This document shows, piece after piece, positions 24,900 through 32,000 of a stretch of 32,000 nt of DNA. This stretch comes from Candidatus Iainarchaeum sp. (GTDB lineage Archaea > Iainarchaeota > Iainarchaeia > Iainarchaeales > CSSED10-239), in assembly GCA_037441475.1 (NCBI GenBank), contig JBBISB010000001.1:186418-218417 (forward strand), given 5' to 3'. The stretch's first letter is position 1. Each line of letters begins with the position of its first letter. The position numbers were made by a program, and so were the translations under genes. The notes beneath the pieces are model-generated. The model ran no database searches and was not told the origin of the DNA. It was given only the letters and a program-made list of their open reading frames with translations.

Positions 24900-24960
24900 T
24901 TTCTCGGCCAGCTACCGTGTTTGAAAAGAGATATATCTGTCAAGAGGTATATATTATTTA
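24900..24960 (+). repeat. Direct repeat copy B
   Basis: tttctcggccagctaccGtgtttgaaaagagatatat followed by ctgtcaagaggtatatattattta. It begins 8 nt after the stop of the RelE-like remnant. Confidence 0.8.
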
Positions 24961-25095
24961 CAAATATGCATCTATTAAAAAAGGCTTTTTTTATAAAGGC
25001 CTTTTTTCCCCTCCCTTATTTTTTGAAAAGAGGGAAAGGATTGTAGAAGAATGTATTTATGAGTATAGTTGAGTTTTTTTAAAAAAAGAAAAAAC

Positions 25096-25764
25096 ATGAG
25101 ACTTAAAGATATTGCCCCTGAAAACAGACCACTTGAGAGGCTCTCAATGGAAGGAGAGAAAAGCCTTTCCAACGCAGAGTTACTGGCACTTATTCTAAAG
25201 ACAGGGACCAAGGAAAATAACATCTTAGACATCTCAAACCACATCCTCTCAAAGTATACCTTCCAGGAACTTGAGAATGTTACTATTAAGGAACTACTAA
25301 AGATAAAGGGCATAGGTGTTGTCAAGGCCTCACAGATAAAGGCCATAATAGAGCTGTACAAGAGAATCTCTATTAAAAACATTAACCTTAATGAAAAGAT
25401 ATACTCCCCTAAAACAGCATACGAGATTTTAAGACATGATATTGAGAATAAAGAGAAGGAACATTTAATCGCTCTCTTCTTAAAAGGAAACCAGGTAATC
25501 TCAAAAAAAATAATTACCATAGGAACTGACAACCAAACATTAATCTCAGAAAAAGAGATTATAAGAGAGGCCTTAAGAGAGAATGCACAAGGAATAATCA
25601 TTGCACACAACCATCCTTCAGGGGAATGCTACCCTTCAAGGGAAGATAGGCTTGCAACCAATAGGCTTAAGGAGATATCAAAAAGCCTTGAGATTAACTT
25701 TCTTGACCACTTAATAATCACATCAGAGAAATATTACTCCTTTAAGGAGAATAATTTACTTTAA
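25096..25764 (+). CDS. radC: RadC-like JAB/MPN-domain protein
   Basis: MRLKDIAPENRPLERL...LSNAELLALILKTGTKENN, the HhH segment LLKIKGIGVVKASQI, and the JAMM motif IIIAHNHPSGECYPSREDRLAT. The ATG at 25096 is preferred over the TTG at 25069. Confidence 0.85.
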   Translation: MRLKDIAPENRPLERLSMEGEKSLSNAELLALILKTGTKENNILDISNHILSKYTFQELENVTIKELLKIKGIGVVKASQIKAIIELYKRISIKNINLNEKIYSPKTAYEILRHDIENKEKEHLIALFLKGNQVISKKIITIGTDNQTLISEKEIIREALRENAQGIIIAHNHPSGECYPSREDRLATNRLKEISKSLEINFLDHLIITSEKYYSFKENNLL

Positions 25765-25790
25765 AAATATTTTGCATCCTCTATTATTTC

Positions 25791-26252
25791 ATGAACTACA
25801 AAAATATATTATTCGGCCTTATTTTAACATTACTAATATTTAACACCAGCTTTGTTTTTGCAGAAAACAAGGACATCAGATACTATTACAACAATCTTGA
25901 TCAGGAAAAACAAACTTTCATAAACAATATAGAAAGCATGCCTTCTTCTTTACAAAAATTAATTAAGAATGATAAGATAAAAATAGAGATTTACACAAAC
26001 ACAGAAAAATTAAACATCTTTTTAGAGAAAACAGAAGATGGAAGCTATAATATCTCAAAGGAAGAGATTGAAAAAGTAAACGTCTGGGTTTCTGGAAAAG
26101 AAGAAGCTATTAACAAAATCCTAGAAGCACAAGACCCTATTGCAGAACTTCAAGCAGCAATTAAAAATAAAGATGTAACCATTAAGACAAAGGGCTTTTT
26201 TAGATCAATTAAGTTCAAGATAGGACAACTATTTTTAAAGTTTAAAAAATAA
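25791..26252 (+). CDS. Secreted hypothetical protein
   Basis: 153 aa with the Sec-type leader MNYKNILFGLILTLLIFNTSFVFA. No recognisable family. Confidence 0.5.
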   Translation: MNYKNILFGLILTLLIFNTSFVFAENKDIRYYYNNLDQEKQTFINNIESMPSSLQKLIKNDKIKIEIYTNTEKLNIFLEKTEDGSYNISKEEIEKVNVWVSGKEEAINKILEAQDPIAELQAAIKNKDVTIKTKGFFRSIKFKIGQLFLKFKK

Positions 26253-26257
26253 AAGGA

Positions 26258-27361
26258 TTATTTTTTATAATCCTTTAAAAACTTCTTTTCAAAAGCATTA
26301 AAAGTCCCCTTCTCTATTTCTTTTCTAGAATCCTCTAAAAGTCTATGAATAAACCTTATATTATGAATAGACAAAAGAATCTTAACACCAGGCTCATCAA
26401 GCCTTAAAAGATGATGAAGGTATGAAAGAGTATGGGCCTTACAGGTAGGACAATCACAATCCTCCTCTATAGGTTTGAAAACCTCCTTATACCTTGCCTT
26501 CTTAAGGTTAATAGGCCCTTTCCTTGTGAAAATATGACCATGTCTTGCCATTTTTGTAGGGTAAATAGAATCGAAACAATCAACACCCTTACCAACAGAA
26601 ACAATAATGTCCTCTGGAGAACCAACCCCCATCAAATACTTTATTCTCTCCTCATCCAAGTGCTTTAGGGAATAATCAATTGCCTTATGCATGGCCTCTT
26701 TTGGCTCCCCTAAGGCAAGCCCACCAATAGCAAGACCATCAAAGGGAAGCTTGTTAATCTCCTTTGCACATCTCTCTCTTAGGTCCTTATAGACCCCACC
26801 CTGAACAATACCAAAAAGCATTTGCTTTTTGTTCTTATGAGCAAGTAAAGCTCTATTTGCCCATTGAATGGTTCTTTCTGTAGCAACCTCGTATGCCTCT
26901 CTTGAAAGATTAGCATCCTGCATATCATCTAAAATCATTGCAATATCAGAACCAATAATGTTTTGCATCTCAATTACCTTTTCAGGAGACATGAAATGCT
27001 TGGAACCATCAAAAGGAGATTTAAACCAAACACCCTTATCATTCATGGAAATAAAGAACTGTGGGTTTTTAAGTTGAAATCCACCTGAGTCTGTGAAAAT
27101 AGATTTTTTCCAACCTATGAAACTATGATAACCTTTTGCCTTCTTTAAAACCTCACTGCCAGGCTTAAGGTAAAGAAGATAGCAGTTTGAGATAAAGCAC
27201 TGTGTGTTTATTCTTTCAAGAGAATCAAGAGTTATAAACTTTGCAATACCCTTTGTTACAACAGGCATAAAGAAAGGGGTCTTAATAGTCCCATGACTGG
27301 TCTTAAACAAACCAGTTCTTGCTTTTGTTTTTTTATCTTTTTTTTCTATCTTGAAACTCAT
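26258..27361 (-). CDS. tgt: tRNA-guanine transglycosylase, bacterial/eukaryal (queuine-type) architecture
   Basis: Motifs: ARTGLFKTSHGTIKTPFFMPVVTKG, TDSGGFQL, GSDIAMILDD, FGIVQGG, DGLAIGGLALGEPKE, YLMGVGSPEDI, FDSIYPT, and the Zn site CDCPTC...HHL. At 367 aa there are no C-terminal C1/C2/PUA domains. Confidence 0.85.
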   Translation of the reverse strand: MSFKIEKKDKKTKARTGLFKTSHGTIKTPFFMPVVTKGIAKFITLDSLERINTQCFISNCYLLYLKPGSEVLKKAKGYHSFIGWKKSIFTDSGGFQLKNPQFFISMNDKGVWFKSPFDGSKHFMSPEKVIEMQNIIGSDIAMILDDMQDANLSREAYEVATERTIQWANRALLAHKNKKQMLFGIVQGGVYKDLRERCAKEINKLPFDGLAIGGLALGEPKEAMHKAIDYSLKHLDEERIKYLMGVGSPEDIIVSVGKGVDCFDSIYPTKMARHGHIFTRKGPINLKKARYKEVFKPIEEDCDCPTCKAHTLSYLHHLLRLDEPGVKILLSIHNIRFIHRLLEDSRKEIEKGTFNAFEKKFLKDYKK

Positions 27362-27382
27362 AAATATTCTTTTTTTATTATT

Positions 27383-28567
27383 TTAGTTTGAAACCTTTGA
27401 TGCCATGTATATTATTAATAAAAAGAAAACACCAGTTATTAGATAAACAAAACTAATATTTAAAAACAATAAAACAAAACCAAAAAGAAGTCTTGAAGTT
27501 AAACTAAACAAACTATCTGAGGTTCTGTATACACCATAGTATCTATCAGCAATAAACTGATTAACATTATTAAAAAAATAAGTCTCACAGGTAGGCTCTA
27601 GGTAAGCTGCACCAATAACAGATATTAAAACAAAAAATAAAGTTAGATAAACATTATTAAAAATAAAAGCAAGGATTAAAGAGGAAGAAATAATTATTGT
27701 TCCTGTTAAAAATAATTTTTTTTTTAAAGTAACATCTATTCTCTTAGCAATTAAGTACTCTGTTATTATTAAAGGAACAGCTAAGATACCTAAGTAAATA
27801 CCAATAAAGCTTGGAGAAAGACTGTTTAAAATGATATAGAGAGGAGTGAATATATAGATTACAGACCAATAGAAGGAAAGACCACCCCTTATAAAGTAAA
27901 GTTTGAAAAGTTCCTTGTTTCTAAAGTAATCAACAATGTTCTGTCTTATGGTTCTTAGGTTTATTGTTGTTGGTTTATTCTCCTCATATGACTTTATCTG
28001 GTAATAAAGGAATAAAAGCCAACCTATGAAAATTAACAAGCCAATCATTAAGAAGTTGTTTAAAAGACCATACTTGTAAAGAACAAAACTTGAGATTAAT
28101 GGACCTACAACCCAACCAATGTTTCTGACTGTGTAATAGTAACCCTGTATCTTACCTAGGTTTTCAAGAGTGGTTGAATGCCTTAAAATAATTGCACTGC
28201 TGTTTAGATGAAGGGTTAAAGAGATGATTGCAAGACCAATCAATATTGCAAAGAAAACAACATTCTGTAAAAAGTATAACAAAAATAAAGAAAAACCCAT
28301 CAAAAGAGTGCTTACAAGCCAGACATGTGTTACTGGGTACTTGGAGTACATCTGGGTTAGGAAAAGATATGTAAAAAACATAATCACTATTATTAAGGCA
28401 CTTACAAAACCTACAAGAAAAGGGTTATGTAAGATACTGTCCAAGTAAAGAGAGATTATACCATCATAGATACCCAAGGCAACACTTATGAAAAAAATTA
28501 CAAAAATAAACTGAAAGGCCTTATCTTGGATAAATATTTTTGGACCTGACTTTAGTTGAAAATACAT
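27383..28567 (-). CDS. MFS-type transporter
   Basis: 394 aa, about 12 hydrophobic segments, MFS-like organisation. Confidence 0.55.
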   Translation of the reverse strand: MYFQLKSGPKIFIQDKAFQFIFVIFFISVALGIYDGIISLYLDSILHNPFLVGFVSALIIVIMFFTYLFLTQMYSKYPVTHVWLVSTLLMGFSLFLLYFLQNVVFFAILIGLAIISLTLHLNSSAIILRHSTTLENLGKIQGYYYTVRNIGWVVGPLISSFVLYKYGLLNNFLMIGLLIFIGWLLFLYYQIKSYEENKPTTINLRTIRQNIVDYFRNKELFKLYFIRGGLSFYWSVIYIFTPLYIILNSLSPSFIGIYLGILAVPLIITEYLIAKRIDVTLKKKLFLTGTIIISSSLILAFIFNNVYLTLFFVLISVIGAAYLEPTCETYFFNNVNQFIADRYYGVYRTSDSLFSLTSRLLFGFVLLFLNISFVYLITGVFFLLIIYMASKVSN

Positions 28568-28614
28568 ATTTTTTTCCTTTTTTTATTTTTGTCTTATCAA
28601 AGAAATATTCTTTC

Positions 28615-29463
28615 TTAAAAAAAGAAGTAAAGAATAACAAATGAAAAAATAACTCCGATTAAGATATATGGACCAAACCTTGGAAGGTTATCGTAGATTG
28701 GTAAAGTCTTAACTGTTAAGTTCTTAATGACAAGCATGTCCTTTTCCTCAATAACCTGTCTTTCCTGCATATTAAGCTTCTTTTTAATTTCCTCTGAAAG
28801 ATTTTCAAAGGAAACAACATCTCCCTCCTCAACTTCCTTTAAAGGCTTGTTTCTTAGGTAGATGTACTTTTTAATCTCCTCTTCAAAGAGAACAGTAAAA
28901 AGACCTACAAAGATTGGAAGAAGTAAGAACAAATATTCTTTTGAAAAACCAAGAGTGTTTACAGCAGTGCATAAAAAATATGTAAAGATAACAAAGATTA
29001 AAAGATATGCAACTATCTTTAGTCTTCTTTCTCTTAAGATTACTTTCATTTCTTTTCTTTTAATCTTCTTTGAAAGAATAAACATATACTTAACAGAGAT
29101 TATTAAAACTGAGGAAAGAGAAGAGATTATTAGGACCCAAAGAATAAACAACTGACCATTTACATATGGAAGTAAAAGGTTTAAGCCTAAAAACAGCTTT
29201 ACATCCCCACCACCAAGCTTACCGTAGTAATAGAAAAGATAGCCTACACCATAGATGATTGCGGTTATAACTATTACCTTTAAAAAATATAGATACCCTA
29301 AAGCATTGTATATAAAAGATTCAAAAATTAAAAATAAAAAACCAATAACTATTAATGGAAAAGTAATCCAGTTATAGATATACCCTGTCTTATAGTCTGT
29401 GTATGCACCTATACCTGATGCTATTAAAAGTATAAAAATTTTTATAAATAATAAATCAAACAT
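28615..29463 (-). CDS. A24-family prepilin/preflagellin peptidase (PibD/FlaK/EppA-like)
   Basis: Polytopic membrane protein. The two aspartyl motifs are GAYTDYKTGYIYNW and YGKLGGGDVKLFLGL. The C-terminal LPRFGPYILIG resembles the conserved P-F-x-P end of these peptidases. Confidence 0.7.
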   Translation of the reverse strand: MFDLLFIKIFILLIASGIGAYTDYKTGYIYNWITFPLIVIGFLFLIFESFIYNALGYLYFLKVIVITAIIYGVGYLFYYYGKLGGGDVKLFLGLNLLLPYVNGQLFILWVLIISSLSSVLIISVKYMFILSKKIKRKEMKVILRERRLKIVAYLLIFVIFTYFLCTAVNTLGFSKEYLFLLLPIFVGLFTVLFEEEIKKYIYLRNKPLKEVEEGDVVSFENLSEEIKKKLNMQERQVIEEKDMLVIKNLTVKTLPIYDNLPRFGPYILIGVIFSFVILYFFF

Positions 29464-29513
29464 TCTCTATACACTCTTTTGTTATTTAACAATTTAAAAA
29501 GAAATTAAAAAAA

Positions 29514-30917
29514 TTACTTAAGCTTAAACTGCTTTGCCATCTCTTCCATTTGCTTAGGATCCATGTCATTGAACTTTGACATGTCAGGCATTTTTCCACC
29601 AAGCATCTTTTTCATCATGCTTGAAGAGTCTCCTCCTCTTGATGAAAACTGTTTAACAATTTTTCTCATTTTCTTAACATGGGAGGTAAGTTCCTTAACT
29701 TCCTCTTCCTTAGTTCCAGAACCTCTTGCTATTCTTTTAATCCTGCTCTTTGTTATGTCCTGTGGATCAAGCTTAAGTTCTTCTTTTGTAAAGGAATCAA
29801 GAATAAATTTATATTTTTTCATCTTCTCCTGCCCTAGGTTCATCTGGTCTGAGGAAAGAGAGTTACCTATACCAAGCATACCCATAACCTTTGTTAAAGG
29901 ACCTAGCTTTTTTGCAGCAGAGATTTGTTTTTTAAAAAGAGCAAATGAAAAATCACCTTTTAAGATATCCTCTGGGTTTAAGTCCTCTAAGTCCTCTGCC
30001 TCTTGAAGTTCTTTTACTTTTTCTAAAAGACCCTCTAAATCACCAAAACCTAAGATTCTTGAAAGATATCTATTGGCATCAAAAATTTCTAAGTCATCAA
30101 CCTTTTCTCCTGTACCTATATAGAAGATAGGGGAGCTTGTTATGTAACATGCGGTTAGGGCACCACCACCTTTAGCAGAACCATCAAGCTTTGTTACAAC
30201 TACTCCTTGTATACCAACAGCTTGGTTGAAGTTTTCTGCTTGTTCCTTTGCAGCCTGTCCAATATCTGCAGAAATTACTAAGAAAGAATATTTTGGTTTA
30301 AAGGCAGAATATATCTCCTTAAGCTCCTTTGAAAGCTCTTCATCTAAAGCAGATCTTCCTGCTGAATCAACAATTATTAGGTTTGCACCTTTCTTTTTTA
30401 AGAAACTAAGACCATCCTCTGTTATTTTTTTTGCAGAAGAATTTCCTTTTTCACCATAAAATAAACAATCAACTTGTTTTGATAACTGCTCTAGTTGTTC
30501 ATAAGCAGCTGGCCTATAGACATCTGCTGCTATTACACCAACCTTAAAGCCTCTTTTCTTATAGAACTTTGCAAGCTTTGCAGCTGTGGTTGTTTTACCA
30601 GAACCAAAAAGACCACAAAGAAGAATGGATTCTGGGTTTTCAGGAAGCTTTATCTGTTCTCTTCCACCAATGTACTTTAGGATAACATCATAACAGGTTT
30701 TTACTAAATGTTCTTTTCTTGTAAGACCCTCTGGTATCTTTTCAAAGGCCTCAATTTCTATTTCTTTTGAGATTTTTAAAACTAGTTGTACGTTTACATC
30801 TGAAGAGATTAAAGCTCTTTGGATGTCCTTTATGACTTCCTTTATTAAATCCTTATCGACATGCATTGAGTTTTTGATTTTATCAATTGCACTCTTTAAT
30901 TTATCTCCAAAACCCAT
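29514..30917 (-). CDS. srp54: Signal recognition particle protein SRP54
   Basis: G domain motifs: GLFGSGKTTTAAKLA, ADVYRPAAYEQL, IVDSAGR, TKLDGSAKGGGALTA (archaeal/eukaryal form), IGTGEKVDDLEIFD. The M domain is Met-rich (KVMGMLG, SSMMKKMLGGKMPDM). Confidence 0.9.
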   Translation of the reverse strand: MGFGDKLKSAIDKIKNSMHVDKDLIKEVIKDIQRALISSDVNVQLVLKISKEIEIEAFEKIPEGLTRKEHLVKTCYDVILKYIGGREQIKLPENPESILLCGLFGSGKTTTAAKLAKFYKKRGFKVGVIAADVYRPAAYEQLEQLSKQVDCLFYGEKGNSSAKKITEDGLSFLKKKGANLIIVDSAGRSALDEELSKELKEIYSAFKPKYSFLVISADIGQAAKEQAENFNQAVGIQGVVVTKLDGSAKGGGALTACYITSSPIFYIGTGEKVDDLEIFDANRYLSRILGFGDLEGLLEKVKELQEAEDLEDLNPEDILKGDFSFALFKKQISAAKKLGPLTKVMGMLGIGNSLSSDQMNLGQEKMKKYKFILDSFTKEELKLDPQDITKSRIKRIARGSGTKEEEVKELTSHVKKMRKIVKQFSSRGGDSSSMMKKMLGGKMPDMSKFNDMDPKQMEEMAKQFKLK

Positions 30918-31053
30918 ATTTAAAAACGTTTGTATGTTTTTTAATATTATATTATATATAATATATCAAAAGATATAAATATAAATTGATTTAAAGAGAA
31001 TATATTTAAATATAGTTAAAAAGTTATTCTTTTATTTGAAGAATATATAGAAG

Positions 31054-31479
31054 GTGAAAGAAATGCCGAAACCAAAAACAAATAAAAATCCTTTCTTAGA
31101 AAAAATAAAAAAACTAAAAAGACCAAGAGATATAACCCTGACAACAAAACCAACACCAAATAAGTTTAATGCAGAGAAACAAATGATATTAAGTCAATCA
31201 AAAAATTCTCAACAAGCATTAAGAGAGATTGGAAATAAAAGTAGAAATATTGAAAAAAATATTAATGAAAAAGCATCTCGTGTTTTAAAAGTAAAAGCAA
31301 GTTCTTTAGAGATTAGTGAAACAAGGATAAAAAATATAACTGCAAATATTGAAAGAGTAATTAAGGATAAAACTATTGATAAAAAACAAAAAGAATTATT
31401 CTTAAGAATACTACAAAAACAACTTGAAAGTGCAAAAGAACAGTATATGATTGAAAGAATTAAAAAAGAGTGTAGGTGA
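31054..31479 (+). CDS. Lysine-rich hypothetical protein (likely start ATG 31063)
   Basis: 141-aa ORF from a GTG start. AAGGTGA (31051-31057) is positioned as a Shine-Dalgarno for the ATG at 31063, giving MPKPKTNKNPF... Predicted coiled-coil/basic composition. Confidence 0.4.
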   Translation: MKEMPKPKTNKNPFLEKIKKLKRPRDITLTTKPTPNKFNAEKQMILSQSKNSQQALREIGNKSRNIEKNINEKASRVLKVKASSLEISETRIKNITANIERVIKDKTIDKKQKELFLRILQKQLESAKEQYMIERIKKECR

Positions 31480-31486
31480 TTTTAAA

Positions 31487-31609
31487 ATGCCAGGACCAAA
31501 GAAAAAACCATTAATTCAACAAAAGAAACCAAAAAACTTACCACAATCAGATAAAGAGGTTATGGAAAGATTTAAAAAAAGTGTTAAAGAAGCATTTAAT
31601 AAAAAATAG
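31487..31609 (+). CDS. Possible 40-aa basic peptide
   Basis: MPGPKKKPLIQQKKPKNLPQSDKEVMERFKKSVKEAFNKK. Its N-terminus parallels MPKPKTNKNPF of the preceding gene. Not in the ORF track (too short). Confidence 0.25.
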   Translation: MPGPKKKPLIQQKKPKNLPQSDKEVMERFKKSVKEAFNKK

Positions 31610-31925
31610 ATTAAGCATGGATGAAAGAATTAACCAAAAACTAATAGAGCTTAAGCTTAGAAACTACTTAGATAGATTTTCTAAGCGTAGGCATATTGAA
31701 AAAGACATTTCTGATTTCATGGCACTTGTAAAAAAGATACAAGAACATAAGACCATGAAAGAGAACCCTACTTTTAAAAGTATCATAAACCAAACATATG
31801 AAAGAATAATGGATATTAAACAAAAAACTAAAGAAGCAGAAATATCTAAAAAACATATGGAAAAACTTGCAAGAGAAAGAAGAAGTGTTTTAGAAAAGCA
31901 CTTTAAAAAAAATAGACCTAAATGA
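31581..31925 (+). CDS. Lysine-rich hypothetical protein (likely start ATG 31617)
   Basis: 114-aa ORF from a GTG start, with an in-frame ATG at 31617 (MDERINQKLIELKLRNYL...). No recognisable family. Confidence 0.4.
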   Translation: MLKKHLIKNRLSMDERINQKLIELKLRNYLDRFSKRRHIEKDISDFMALVKKIQEHKTMKENPTFKSIINQTYERIMDIKQKTKEAEISKKHMEKLARERRSVLEKHFKKNRPK

Positions 31926-32000
31926 TTCTTTCTATAATATACTCAGGAGAAAATTTTTCTATATCCTGATACTCTTGACCTGTACCTATATAGAAAATAG
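31918..32000 (-). CDS. ftsY: 3' end of SRP receptor FtsY (5' part beyond window)
   Basis: The minus strand reads ...IFYIGTGQEYQDIEKFSPEYIIERII then a stop (TAG = 31918-31920). The FIGTG(E/Q) motif and its nucleotide sequence (tgtacctatatagaa) parallel the SRP54 gene at 30108-30122. Confidence 0.6.
   Translation of the reverse strand, partial: IFYIGTGQEYQDIEKFSPEYIIERII

Noticed and set aside
24961-25068. Palindrome aaaggccttt and the CCCTC...GAGGG inverted repeat upstream of radC, considered as a structured RNA or terminator
   Set aside because: The stems are only 4-5 bp with long loops and there is no conservation information. It may contribute to termination of the cassette transcript, but it cannot be supported from sequence alone.

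Overview
AT-rich archaeal chromosomal segment. All protein identifications come from motifs read by eye in the ORF translations; no searches were run.

Evidence that it is archaeal:
- SRP54 with the archaeal/eukaryal TKLDGSAKGGGAL motif, plus an FtsY fragment.
- A HerA/DUF87-type ATPase.
- Three proteins with class III (KG|A) signal peptides, plus an A24 prepilin peptidase.
- Four archaeal-style tRNAs without encoded CCA.
- A form II/III-like RuBisCO.
Together with bacterial-looking genes (Tgt, RadC, a DUF285/BspA-repeat adhesin), this best fits a small-genome DPANN-type archaeon.

The backbone is ordinary housekeeping and membrane genes: MFS transporters, MscS, DoxX, an FKBP, Hsp20 and a secreted beta-propeller protein.

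Items that stand out:
1. A 409-aa LAGLIDADG intein sits exactly inside the Walker A loop of the HerA-like ATPase.
2. A roughly 3.2 kb decaying integrated element abuts tRNA-Thr. The reading frame of its tyrosine integrase stays open into the tRNA.
3. An operon encodes three pilin-like surface proteins carrying adhesin modules (CHB_HEX_C-like, DUF285/BspA repeats with perfect 75-bp tandem repeats, Ig-like domains, an RCC1 propeller). The RCC1 part is separated from the pilin part only by an in-frame TGA.
4. An accessory cluster contains an HD hydrolase, a frameshifted HicA-like ORF, a Cas4-like Fe-S nuclease, a KTSC protein, a small cassette bounded by about 60-bp direct repeats that holds a decayed RelE-like toxin gene, and RadC.
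5. A class II tRNA appears to have an A34 (AAG) anticodon.

No CRISPR array or rRNA was seen.
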